Positions 38,011 to 47,237 of a stretch of 64,000 nucleotides of DNA are shown here, piece by piece; the stretch's first letter is position 1; the number at the start of each line of letters is the position of its first letter. A model generated the notes under the pieces. The model made no database searches and had not been told where the DNA came from. It worked only from the letters and a program-made list of their open reading frames with translations. Made by a program: the position numbers and the translations under genes. This DNA is from Alphaproteobacteria bacterium (GTDB lineage Bacteria; Pseudomonadota; Alphaproteobacteria; RF32; CAG-239): positions 94,512 to 158,511 of the forward strand of contig SUUJ01000004.1 of NCBI GenBank assembly GCA_015062585.1, in the 5' to 3' direction.

Positions 38011-39612
38011 TTAATATTTTAATTTGTACAATTCGGCAGAGCTTTTAGCCTCTTTTAAGACTTTATCGCCCAAAAATTCCATTGTGTACCCCTCACCCTC
38101 TAATATTTTGGTTATATCCTTGGTAGCAACAATTTCATTATTATATACATGCTCAAATACATCTTTAATGTAGTTAACCTTATCATTGTCGTCAGAATAC
38201 TTATTTTCGGTCAAAGCGCAACAATTTCGCAGAACAATATTTTCATCATTGTTTTTTTCGATATATAAACTTATGTCATTTAAATATTCTATTGCAAATT
38301 TTGCCGCATCTCTTGTTTTTTCAAACATTACAATGGAAATACCCTCGCATTCAACAACATTTCTGCCATTGTATTTTTGAGTAAGATTCGCAACTACACT
38401 TCTAATCGCGCCACTAATATCATTTGCAATCTTTTCTTGGTCTTCAATCTGTGACGACAAGAACTTTAAGTCGCTTTTTATATATGCTACACAGGTGCTG
38501 TCTATTGCGTCATCATTTGATATTACAATATTATCGGAACTCGGTTCTTCGACTTTAACCTTTGGTTCGTCATGTTTATTATAAACTTCAGGGTTTCTCT
38601 GGGTTTCCCATTTGTCAAAAGCACGATTCAACAATTTTACATAAAGTTTTTCGTCATGTATGATTTGGTGCATCAAAAACGCCCCTACTCCGACCAAATA
38701 TATAGCTATTTTGTTATCACTATAAGATTGTTTGGTTTCATAAAATTCTTCCAAATCGGCATTTTTACCATCGATAATCTTAAAAGCATCATATAAAACC
38801 GAATTAGCTTCATTCATAGTTAGATTACCATATCGCCCTAACTCTAAGCATCCTCCGAAGACTAAAAACTTTATACCGAGTCTGGAAAATTGATTTTGCA
38901 CAGCCTCTCTGACATTCAGGTTAAACAAAATTTCACTCAAATAATACACCAAATAGTGCTTATATTCCAAAGGAGCCTCTGGAAATGCACTGGTTTTCAA
39001 ATTTTTTAAATCAGAATTTATATTAAAAGCTTTGACTAAGGATTTTGCTCGGTCAAAAAATTGTTTTTCATCTAGGTCGGCTTTGTCTTCTTTGTCTTGT
39101 TTTATAAAAATGTACCAAGGTATATTCTTTAAAACTAAAGGTATGGCTATGGCCATAAACACAATAAAGAATACAAAGAACAAAGCAGAATTATGATTAT
39201 CTTCACCGATAAATATTTCTAAAATCGGAAATACCAAACTTACAAATATGTTGGCAAAAACCAAACTGACAATAACCAAAGCGATGAATTTTATCATAGC
39301 CTTAAATATATTATTTCTGCTCAAGGTAATGTCTTGTACTACTTCATCGGAATTTTTGCGATAATCAATGTTTCTTAAACTTTTGTTCAAACTTTTTTTT
39401 CTGCTCTTTGAACTGATATATTCTAAAGATTCGTCATAACTGTTATCAGTTATTTCAAAAGTCTCTTTGATTATTTTGACTTTGTTAGTACCATTTTCGG
39501 TTTCTTTTGCCAAGCGATATGCTTCTTGGCGTTGTTCTGTCGTAAATCTTTCGATTAAACGCCAACCACTTCCCGAATCAACATAAACTTCATAGTGAGC
39601 TATTTTTGCCAT
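38011..39612 (-). CDS. Membrane protein with a C-terminal degenerate class III nucleotide-cyclase-like domain
   Basis: Two TM segments; C-terminus resembles the cyclase pattern (..KYNG.....G..IVMFE...AAKFA...; FLGDKVLK..ELYKL). Confidence 0.6.
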   Translation of the reverse strand: MAKIAHYEVYVDSGSGWRLIERFTTEQRQEAYRLAKETENGTNKVKIIKETFEITDNSYDESLEYISSKSRKKSLNKSLRNIDYRKNSDEVVQDITLSRNNIFKAMIKFIALVIVSLVFANIFVSLVFPILEIFIGEDNHNSALFFVFFIVFMAIAIPLVLKNIPWYIFIKQDKEDKADLDEKQFFDRAKSLVKAFNINSDLKNLKTSAFPEAPLEYKHYLVYYLSEILFNLNVREAVQNQFSRLGIKFLVFGGCLELGRYGNLTMNEANSVLYDAFKIIDGKNADLEEFYETKQSYSDNKIAIYLVGVGAFLMHQIIHDEKLYVKLLNRAFDKWETQRNPEVYNKHDEPKVKVEEPSSDNIVISNDDAIDSTCVAYIKSDLKFLSSQIEDQEKIANDISGAIRSVVANLTQKYNGRNVVECEGISIVMFEKTRDAAKFAIEYLNDISLYIEKNNDENIVLRNCCALTENKYSDDNDKVNYIKDVFEHVYNNEIVATKDITKILEGEGYTMEFLGDKVLKEAKSSAELYKLKY

Positions 39613-39630
39613 AATTTTAACCTTTAGAAT

Positions 39631-39665
39631 AAAAATACCTGCGCTTAATATAACAAGCGCAGGTT
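39631..39665 (-). terminator. Terminator after rpmE
   Basis: ACCTGCGCTT..AAGCGCAGGT stem. Confidence 0.65.
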
Positions 39666-39692
39666 AATAAATCGTAAGTTAAAATAACTTAA

Positions 39693-39929
39693 TTATTCGG
39701 CATCACCAGTTTTGATACCAAAAGCACCAAACTTGCTCTTGAACTTAGACAATTGGCCGCCTGTATCAACCAAACGACGAACACCTGTCCATACCGGGTG
39801 AGATTTAGGATCAACTTCCAAGTTGATTACATCACCGGCTTTGCCCATTGTAGAGCGTGTTGTATATTTTTGACCATCTGTCATTACATATGTAATTTCA
39901 TGGTAATCTGGATGAATTCCTTTTTTCAT
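39693..39929 (-). CDS. rpmE: 50S ribosomal protein L31 (no CxxC zinc motifs)
   Basis: [23 protein letters not shown]. Confidence 0.95.
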   Translation of the reverse strand: MKKGIHPDYHEITYVMTDGQKYTTRSTMGKAGDVINLEVDPKSHPVWTGVRRLVDTGGQLSKFKSKFGAFGIKTGDAE

Positions 39930-40024
39930 CGTATAAAACTCCTAGATTCTTACTTAAAATGCGATAATTTTACATCCTTATACATTAAGGAATTTAATAA
40001 CGCAAGCATTATTTAAATATTTTT

Positions 40025-40990
40025 TTAAATTTCTTTAAGTTCTACCGTATTTAGTTTGTCAGATACAGAGTTTATATTGATTACTTTAATACTAAAATTC
40101 TTGTATCCTTTCTTTAACAGATAGCTTCTGACTTCAACAGCGCGGTTCAAACTTATTCTTTTCTTTTTGAAGCTGTCTACCCCGTCATCCAAATTGTACG
40201 AATAAATTGCAATTTTATTCTTCGGACCATTTTGATATTTGGCAACAATAGCGGATATTTGTACTTTTTGCTCTTCATTTAGCTCGTCTACACCTTCGGC
40301 AAATTTGATAACATTGTCAGCTTTTGTAACAGCTTTTGGTTCCTCTATAAGTAATTTGCTGTCCTTTGTCACTACCGGAGGTACCACGACAGGCTCGGGC
40401 TTGGCCTCTACCGGTTTGGGTTGCTCTACTACAACAGGCTCGGGCTTGGCTTCTACCGGTTTGGGTTGCTCTACTACAACGGGCTCGGGCTTAGCCTCTA
40501 CCGGTTTGGGTTGCTCTACTACGACAGGCTCGGGCTTAGCTTCTACCGGTTTGGGTTGCTCTACTACAACAGGCTCGGGCTTGGCTTCTACCGGTTTGGG
40601 TTGCTCTGCTACGACAGGCTCGGGCTTGGCTTCTACCGGTTTGGGTTGATAGATGACAGTAGCTTTATCCGGCTGGCGCGGTTTTGATACAGGTTCAACA
40701 TCAACCACCACTATATCATCATCAAGCGGTTTGATTTCTACAATAGGCGCCTTAAATTTTGTATCATCTTTAACAACCGGTTTTACAATCTCTTTTTTAG
40801 CTTCAACCTTAGGCTTTACGATTTTTTTCTTTATAGATTCTTTATCCAAAACAGGAAATAACGGTTTTGAATCAATGTTGTATGGTGTATCTAAGTCATC
40901 CAAAACACTTAAATCCACCATAACATCTTGCGCGTTTGCAGAAAATGCAAATAGCAAAGCTCCTAATAAAGCTGTTTTTTCAAAGCGCAT
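40025..40990 (-). CDS. Secreted OmpA-like C-domain protein with a Pro/Glu/Val repeat linker
   Basis: Signal peptide (ANA), RISLNRAVEVRSYLLKKG peptidoglycan-binding-like motif. Confidence 0.7.
   Translation of the reverse strand: MRFEKTALLGALLFAFSANAQDVMVDLSVLDDLDTPYNIDSKPLFPVLDKESIKKKIVKPKVEAKKEIVKPVVKDDTKFKAPIVEIKPLDDDIVVVDVEPVSKPRQPDKATVIYQPKPVEAKPEPVVAEQPKPVEAKPEPVVVEQPKPVEAKPEPVVVEQPKPVEAKPEPVVVEQPKPVEAKPEPVVVEQPKPVEAKPEPVVVPPVVTKDSKLLIEEPKAVTKADNVIKFAEGVDELNEEQKVQISAIVAKYQNGPKNKIAIYSYNLDDGVDSFKKKRISLNRAVEVRSYLLKKGYKNFSIKVININSVSDKLNTVELKEI
40386..40648 (-). repeat. 45-bp coding tandem repeat, about 5.8 copies (PKPVEAKPEPVVVEQ)
   Basis: Units start at 40386, 40431, 40476, 40521, 40566 and 40611. 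Confidence 0.95.
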
Positions 40991-41010
40991 TATTTCCTCC
41001 TTTTATATTT

Positions 41011-41766
41011 TTATACCAATTCAAATAATTTTTTGCCCAACTCGGCATTTGAGGCAATTATATTGCCGGATGCCAAAACAAGAGGCAAATCAGCAGTTCT
41101 GATATCTTTTTGTTCTTTGGCAAAAACTTGTCCGCCAGCTTCTTTAACAAGTAAAATTCCGGCAGCAATCGAAGCCGAATCATTAGACATTGAAATGACT
41201 CCGTCCAATTTTCCGGCCGCCAAATTAGCCAAATCAAGACTTATTGCTCCAAAGCGACGAGTTCCGGCAACTTTTTGAGCATAGGAATCGTCAGCAGAAA
41301 TCAAAGCTTGAGGCAAATCTTTGCGAGCAGAAACACGCAAACGCTCGTGATTGCGATAGCCTTCTTTGAATGCTCCATTGCCTTTTTCGGCAAAATACAT
41401 ATCAGATGTAGCAGGATTATAGATAACACAAGATACAACTTGTGAATCAACCACTTCGGCAATATTTACGGCAAAATGAGGTATACCGTGAACAAAGTTC
41501 AGTTCACCATCCAGCACTGATACCAAGTAATAAGCTCCGGCGGGTGCTTTTTCGCCGATTGTAATTACCGGCATTTGCGGGCGGGATTTTTGCAACTCCG
41601 TGCGCAAATTTTTCAATGTACGCTCAACTGCAGCTTTGGTAAATTCGGTATGACCTTTAATTGATGTTTGAAGTTTTTCCAACTCGTTAAAGTCACGAGC
41701 CAAACCGCCTGATACCTTTTTGGCAACAGTTATCAACATATTAAGATTAGTTGAAATATATGACAT
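41011..41766 (-). CDS. suhB: SuhB/inositol monophosphatase family, catalytic motifs degenerate
   Basis: RDFNELEKLQ.S.KG, LDG..NF.HGIPHFAV, YNPATSDMYFAEKGNGAF, RRFGAISLDLA; follows efp. Confidence 0.8.
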   Translation of the reverse strand: MSYISTNLNMLITVAKKVSGGLARDFNELEKLQTSIKGHTEFTKAAVERTLKNLRTELQKSRPQMPVITIGEKAPAGAYYLVSVLDGELNFVHGIPHFAVNIAEVVDSQVVSCVIYNPATSDMYFAEKGNGAFKEGYRNHERLRVSARKDLPQALISADDSYAQKVAGTRRFGAISLDLANLAAGKLDGVISMSNDSASIAAGILLVKEAGGQVFAKEQKDIRTADLPLVLASGNIIASNAELGKKLFELV

Positions 41767-42329
41767 TATTTAGCTCTTTCAACATATGAACCATCTGATG
41801 TGGCAACAACAATTTTATCACCGACGCCAACAAACGGAGGAACACCGGTTCTGACGCCGTTATCCAAAATGGCAGGTTTGTATGATGATGAAACTGTTTG
41901 ACCTTTGATTACAGGTTCGGTTTCAACGACTTCACAGATAACTTGCAACGGTAATTCAACCGAAATAGGCTTACCGTCGATAACACTGACTTTTACATCC
42001 ATACCATCAGCCAAGAACGGACGAGAATCGCCCAAAATATCAGAGGGCATGGCAAATTGTTCGTAAGTATCGCTTTCCATAAATGTAAGGCCTGTGGCAT
42101 CTTCATATAAAAATTGGCAATCTTTGGTTTCAACCATAAGTTTTTCTACCATATCTTCAGTACGAAAACGCTCGTTTGTTTTAGTGCCTTCTTCAACGGC
42201 TTTCATTTCAACCTGCATAAAAGCGCCGCCTTTTCCGGGCTTTACAAAGTTAGTTTTAATAACGGTCCATGGTTTTCCTTTATATTCAATTACCCAACCG
42301 ATACGAATTGAACCTGCTTGTTGTTTCAT
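41766..42329 (-). CDS. efp: Elongation factor P
   Basis: KPGKGGAF, TEPVIKGQT..SSYKPA, VPPFV. Confidence 0.97.
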   Translation of the reverse strand: MKQQAGSIRIGWVIEYKGKPWTVIKTNFVKPGKGGAFMQVEMKAVEEGTKTNERFRTEDMVEKLMVETKDCQFLYEDATGLTFMESDTYEQFAMPSDILGDSRPFLADGMDVKVSVIDGKPISVELPLQVICEVVETEPVIKGQTVSSSYKPAILDNGVRTGVPPFVGVGDKIVVATSDGSYVERAK

Positions 42330-42413
42330 TATTTTTTACTCCCATTAAAATTTCTAAAAAGCAATATTACCTAGCAAAGTAATATAAACTTATTTTTTTA
42401 GCAACCAAAATTT

Positions 42414-42905
42414 TTAAAAATCTTCGGCCGAAACCATCATAAAATCAACATCCCTGTTTTTTTCTTTGTCTTGTTTGTCGGAACATACCCACGCCAAAGG
42501 TATTAAAAACAGGTCATTATACCACGAAATAAGCTCATCATCCTTATCTTCATTATTGGAATAAAAGGCTATAAACTCCGGTTCTGTTTCGCCGGCCAGC
42601 ATTGCCTCGTGACGACGCGCCGGAATAATAATTCCCAATGTTTTTTTCTTTAAGGCTTCGCGTAATGCTTTAACTTGAGCCTTAAGAGGTTTCGAGACAT
42701 CTACTTCTTTGACCACACCGTCCAGATTATATTCTTTGCATTTTTCTAAAGCCTTGTTGCCCTCAACTAAAACCATCTTGCCTGTGGCAACAGCCTCATC
42801 AAATAGAGCTTTGGGCAAACTATCAGATAAACAATAACAGCATATGTCTTCGTTTTTGAATATTTTGTCTGATTGTTTTGTAATACGCAGTATTATATTT
42901 GGCAT
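42414..42905 (-). CDS. Short, degenerate ThiE (thiamine-phosphate synthase)-like TIM-barrel protein
   Basis: RRHEAMLAGE.EPEFIAF, LISWYNDLFLIP; upstream of efp as in alphaproteobacteria. Confidence 0.55.
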   Translation of the reverse strand: MPNIILRITKQSDKIFKNEDICCYCLSDSLPKALFDEAVATGKMVLVEGNKALEKCKEYNLDGVVKEVDVSKPLKAQVKALREALKKKTLGIIIPARRHEAMLAGETEPEFIAFYSNNEDKDDELISWYNDLFLIPLAWVCSDKQDKEKNRDVDFMMVSAEDF

Positions 42906-42998
42906 AATTTTTCTTTATCTCTTGTAAAAGTTACACAGATTGGTATTATCTTGTCTAATAATATGGCAATATTTTTAAAAGTGAAAGAAAAATAATCA

Positions 42999-43238
42999 AT
43001 GACAGACAAAAATTTTGACTTTAACAACACCAGAGATGCTTTAAGTCAATTATCAACCGATTTATTACAATTAGAATCTGCAATAAAGCTAAAGCGTTCA
43101 CAATTGGCAGAAAACAATAAAAAAACTTCGGAACAGCTGGAAAAACAAGAAAAGATTATTGCAAGCTTAACCAAAGTTTCTGAAGATGCTTTAGTAAAAA
43201 TTGATAATATTACCGATTTTATTGATGGGGTGCTTTAA
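42999..43238 (+). CDS. Small coiled-coil protein upstream of zapA (ZapB-like position)
   Basis: 79-aa heptad-rich ORF directly upstream of zapA. Confidence 0.6.
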   Translation: MTDKNFDFNNTRDALSQLSTDLLQLESAIKLKRSQLAENNKKTSEQLEKQEKIIASLTKVSEDALVKIDNITDFIDGVL

Positions 43239-43242
43239 TACC

Positions 43243-43578
43243 ATGTCTCAGATTACAATTACAATTAACTCTCGTGAATATGCCATTGCCTGTGAAGACG
43301 GACAGGAAGCTCATATTTTACAATTGTCGCGTTTGTTGGATGAAAAAGCAAAATTATTGGGTGCCGGAGTAAATCAAATAAGTGAAAGTATGCTTTTAGC
43401 CATGGTCGGATTATTACTCGCTGATGAAATATGCGAGTTGAAAAAAGGTATTATTCCGGCTGATACATCTTTAATTGATAATAAAAATCTGCAGCGAATC
43501 GATGAGGAGTTGGCTTCAACCGTAAAAAGTTTGAATAACAAGTTGAAAACTCTTGCAAATGAAATAAATTTGTTATAA
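43243..43578 (+). CDS. zapA: Cell division protein ZapA
   Basis: ITITINSREYAIACEDGQE, LLAMVGLLLADE; followed by 6S RNA. Confidence 0.9.
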   Translation: MSQITITINSREYAIACEDGQEAHILQLSRLLDEKAKLLGAGVNQISESMLLAMVGLLLADEICELKKGIIPADTSLIDNKNLQRIDEELASTVKSLNNKLKTLANEINLL

Positions 43579-43596
43579 GCTTTATACATAAAGTGC

Positions 43597-43755
43597 ATCA
43601 GAGACTGCGTAGTGCGTAATTTAGCAGGTCTTCCGAGCCAACATTATTTTATAGGGAGCTGTCGCTGAGCAGATCGTGGTCTGTTTATATGGCACCCACT
43701 TTATGACCCGCGGTTCGTTTCAAGAATGTACATATACGGCTAAACGGTTTCTGAT
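43597..43755 (+). ncRNA. ssrS: 6S RNA
   Basis: AGGGAGCTGTC...ATGGCACCCAC core; ends pair (ATCAGAGACTG/CGGTTTCTGAT); zapA-6S-TIGR00282 synteny. Confidence 0.85.
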
Positions 43756-43770
43756 AATTTTACAAAGCTT

Positions 43771-43803
43771 AACCCCGTTGCTGAGACGGGGTTTTCTTTT
43801 TTT
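43771..43803 (+). terminator. Terminator after 6S RNA
   Basis: AACCCCGT..ACGGGGTT stem plus T-tract. Confidence 0.75.
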
Positions 43804-43834
43804 GAGAACAACAATTTGGTATAAGGTAAAAACA

Positions 43835-44623
43835 TTGAAAATAGTTTACTTAGGTGACATAGTTGCAAAATCCGGACGCGAAGCTGTTAAAAACGCTATT
43901 TCACAGCTTAAAGATACATACAAATATGATGTAATAATTATCAATGTTGACAATGCAGCACATGGATTTGGATGTACACCAAAAGTTTGCAATCAACTAT
44001 TTGAGGCCGGAGTAACAGCTTTGGTCACCGGTGATCATGTATGGAATCAAAAAGATATTTATCCTTATCTTAACGAATGCAAACGCATTGTCAGACCTCT
44101 TAATCACTCATCTAATTTAGCCGGTGTCGGAGCTCAGATTATTCCTCTTGATTCGGGTAAAAAAATACTTATTGTCGAAGTTGTCGGACGCGTATTTATG
44201 GAAGCTGTTGATTGCCCGCTTCAGTCTTTGGAAAATTTGTTAAAAGATTATCATTTGGGCAAAAATATTGATGCCATATTTGTTGATATTCATGCAGAAG
44301 CCACCGCCGAAAAACAATCTTTTGCTTATTACTTTGACGGCAAGGTATCGGCTGTCATCGGCTCTCACACTCATGTTCCCACCGCTGATGAACGAATTTT
44401 ACCAAACGGAACAGCATATCAGACAGATGCCGGAATGTGCGGTGACTATAATAGTGTTATCGGTTTTGATGTCAAAGCTCCTATTGAACGGTTAAAAGAC
44501 AAGTTTTCGCCGCACCGCTTGGAACCGGCAACAAATAAAGGAACAGTTTGCGGTGTTTATATCGAAACAGACGATAAAACCGGACTGGCTAAATATATTG
44601 AAAGAATTAAGATTACTCTATAA
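43835..44623 (+). CDS. YmdB/TIGR00282 metallophosphoesterase
   Basis: LGDIV, NAAHGFG, TGDHVWNQ, VDIHAEATAEK, GSHTHVPTAD, TDAGMCG; TTG start. Confidence 0.9.
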   Translation: MKIVYLGDIVAKSGREAVKNAISQLKDTYKYDVIIINVDNAAHGFGCTPKVCNQLFEAGVTALVTGDHVWNQKDIYPYLNECKRIVRPLNHSSNLAGVGAQIIPLDSGKKILIVEVVGRVFMEAVDCPLQSLENLLKDYHLGKNIDAIFVDIHAEATAEKQSFAYYFDGKVSAVIGSHTHVPTADERILPNGTAYQTDAGMCGDYNSVIGFDVKAPIERLKDKFSPHRLEPATNKGTVCGVYIETDDKTGLAKYIERIKITL

Positions 44624-45743
44624 TTGAACTGCCAAAAGGTATTTCTTTGCCAATACCTTGCTTGATTGCTTCATAATGAACAAATCCGCTTTCACCATTA
44701 TCTATCATTACTCTGGCCCATATTTTATCCGGAGTGTAACCGGTCAAACGCACGGTTGTTCCTTTGTCGAGTTCTTTAAGTACATCAAAATCATCTGAAG
44801 GACCGTACATTACCTTGCTACTTTGAGTAAGATGATATAATTTTGAGGAATCATCCTTGTTTACCGGAATGCTTACAACCTTACCGACAACAACATCATC
44901 GACACTTTGACCATATCCGGTATTTACGGTTTGATAGTAATTTATGCGGTCTTGTTTGGCAAACATTTTCCATAGTTCGCTTTCGGAAATAAAACGGCTG
45001 TTATCAGCACCTAAAAAAGCGAGCAACAATACAATAGGAACAATTGTTTGTGAAAGTTTTAACTTAACTTCGTTCCACGATTTTGGAGCCGATACTTTAA
45101 CATTAAGAGATGCAACATATTCATCAATAAGTTTTTTACCATAGTCATCTGTCATTCCACGCGCTTTGATTCCGCATTTTGCAGCTTGAACATTCTGTGA
45201 TTTTTGCGCATAGGCTATCATATTATGAAGCATTATTTTCAATGTTTCGGATTGTGATACCGGATTCTTAAAATTATGGCTGATTGCTTTCAGGTTTAAG
45301 AAAAATCCTTTGGGATGCCACCAACCGGCAAACCAGTTTATCAATGAAACTTTGGCATTTAATTTTAGCGCATTGTTATATGTGGCTACTTTATAGCGAT
45401 TGGTCTGTTTATAGCCTACGCCCCATGATAAAACTTCTTTTAAATTTAGTGCTTTTACATCAACGCCTTCATCATCGTCGCTAAAAGGTATCATGGCATT
45501 AACATCGGGGTAATTATCTTTGGTATATACTAAAGACAATATGTCATATGTAAGTCTGCTTTGAGGAGTACTCAATACATCATACGCGATAGACAGCTTT
45601 TGGAATACATCGGTTGCATTAGGGTCAGAATTGCTGTCAGGGTGCCATAATTTGGCCAGATCTCGATATGAATGCTTTATAGTTTCAAAATCGGCATCTG
45701 TTGATACTTGTAATATTTCGTAAAACCCCAGTACATCTTTCAT
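44613..45743 (-). CDS. J-domain (DnaJ-type) membrane protein with a C-terminal SH3b-like domain
   Basis: FYEILQV..IKHSYRDLAKLWHPD; TM; VMYGPSDDFDVL..L.KG..V..TG...W.RV...GESGFV. Confidence 0.8.
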   Translation of the reverse strand: MKDVLGFYEILQVSTDADFETIKHSYRDLAKLWHPDSNSDPNATDVFQKLSIAYDVLSTPQSRLTYDILSLVYTKDNYPDVNAMIPFSDDDEGVDVKALNLKEVLSWGVGYKQTNRYKVATYNNALKLNAKVSLINWFAGWWHPKGFFLNLKAISHNFKNPVSQSETLKIMLHNMIAYAQKSQNVQAAKCGIKARGMTDDYGKKLIDEYVASLNVKVSAPKSWNEVKLKLSQTIVPIVLLLAFLGADNSRFISESELWKMFAKQDRINYYQTVNTGYGQSVDDVVVGKVVSIPVNKDDSSKLYHLTQSSKVMYGPSDDFDVLKELDKGTTVRLTGYTPDKIWARVMIDNGESGFVHYEAIKQGIGKEIPFGSSIIE

Positions 45744-47237
45744 CTATATATATACCCCTTCGCTTTTGATATTGTCTTCTTGTAATTTTATAAAATTTTC
45801 ACTCGTATTTATTTTGATAGTTCCCGAGTAATTCAGATCATACAATGACTTTTTAAATAAATTGATAATATTTGAACAAAAATCGTCAGAAAGTTTTGTG
45901 CTTGTTCTGATTATCAGGTCAAGGCTGCGAGATTGGACTTTTGAAAAGCCGTCAAATTGAAATTTTCCCAACTTAGAAAACTCTGTTTCTACAACAAATC
46001 TGGTTGTTTTGCCGTCTTTTTGCTTTTCTTTTTGTTGTTGGTCTTTTTTTAGAGCTATTTTTATGGCAGACAATTGCGAACCGTCAAAAAACGGCATTTC
46101 GACAATACGCCAAGACGGTGTTTCTTTTACAAAACTTTGCATCATATTGTTTAGTTCGGTTACAATTTTTTGACCGGCCACATTATCTGAAATTATTTCT
46201 TTGACAACTTCTGTTCCCAACCAACGGGTGATATCGTTATTTAGACTTCCTTTATATAAATTATATATATTTTCAAACAAATTATCACTTTGAAACGGTA
46301 ATTTCGGCAAAAGCAAATTCATCGTTTTGGTATCTGTGTTTTGAAACAAATCGATTAAATGCTTAAAGCTTGTGTCTTTAAGCATGGTTTCGATATTTGC
46401 GGTTGTCTTGTGTGAAGGTAAAATATTTTTGATAATATCATCAACGATTTTTATTTTTTGTTCCAATGATGATTTTGCGACATTTATATCCAGCGTTAAT
46501 TTTTCAGCTAGAGGAATTTCGATGTCTGAGGCAAAACAAGTATCGCCTATGGGAGTTTTTACAATATAAAGTTGGTTTATCTTATTGCTGATTTCACCGC
46601 CCAGTTGCTTACCGCTAAAACTTTGTATTATTTCTTCAAGTTGCGGTTTTAAGATATCTATTTTTTGCGGGTTTGCGATAATTTCCTTAATTGTATTTTG
46701 CAAATTTTTTATATCGATACTTTTTTCGGGCAAGCTTCCTATTTTGGCAATACTTACCTCAATATCTTTAGCTATTTGAATAATCTGTTGCTTAGTTTTA
46801 TTATCCAGAGGTGTATCTTTTGTACTTTCCGCAATAAAATTTTGTAATTTTATCGGAGATAATTGAGGCTTGTTAAGCCAAGCATCTTTGCTTTCAATAA
46901 CTATTTCCGGTTGAGGCAAAGATGACACATTGTCTTGCTTTGGGGTTTCTGGTGTCATTACTCCGGTTGGACTTATTTTAACCGGAATCGTAATTTTTTC
47001 ACCAACTTGCAGCGATAAAGATATATTGCCTTTCAACTCTACGGGAAACGAAGTTTCACCAAGCTGTAAAAAAAATTCCACTCCGTCGGAATTGGCTAAG
47101 ACCTCAAGCATTCCATATCTTTGAGTATTTATTGCTTTGGCCAGTTCTGATGTTATATTATCCAAAGAAATTGTTTGTTTAATATCGCTCGGTTTTATGA
47201 GTGAAATTATATTGTTTATGTTAATCGAATTGTTCAT
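45744..47237 (-). CDS. Hypothetical flagellar-operon protein with a FliK-C-like terminal domain
   Basis: WRIVEMPFF..RFVVETEFSKLGKFQFDG..LDLIIRT pattern; downstream of flhA-flhG. Confidence 0.55.
   Translation of the reverse strand: MNNSININNIISLIKPSDIKQTISLDNITSELAKAINTQRYGMLEVLANSDGVEFFLQLGETSFPVELKGNISLSLQVGEKITIPVKISPTGVMTPETPKQDNVSSLPQPEIVIESKDAWLNKPQLSPIKLQNFIAESTKDTPLDNKTKQQIIQIAKDIEVSIAKIGSLPEKSIDIKNLQNTIKEIIANPQKIDILKPQLEEIIQSFSGKQLGGEISNKINQLYIVKTPIGDTCFASDIEIPLAEKLTLDINVAKSSLEQKIKIVDDIIKNILPSHKTTANIETMLKDTSFKHLIDLFQNTDTKTMNLLLPKLPFQSDNLFENIYNLYKGSLNNDITRWLGTEVVKEIISDNVAGQKIVTELNNMMQSFVKETPSWRIVEMPFFDGSQLSAIKIALKKDQQQKEKQKDGKTTRFVVETEFSKLGKFQFDGFSKVQSRSLDLIIRTSTKLSDDFCSNIINLFKKSLYDLNYSGTIKINTSENFIKLQEDNIKSEGVYI

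Noticed and set aside
40386-40648. 45-bp periodic repeat as a possible CRISPR array
   Set aside because: In-frame coding repeat without spacers
40239-41102. Plus-strand ORFs over the OmpA-like gene
   Set aside because: Antisense shadows of the coding repeat
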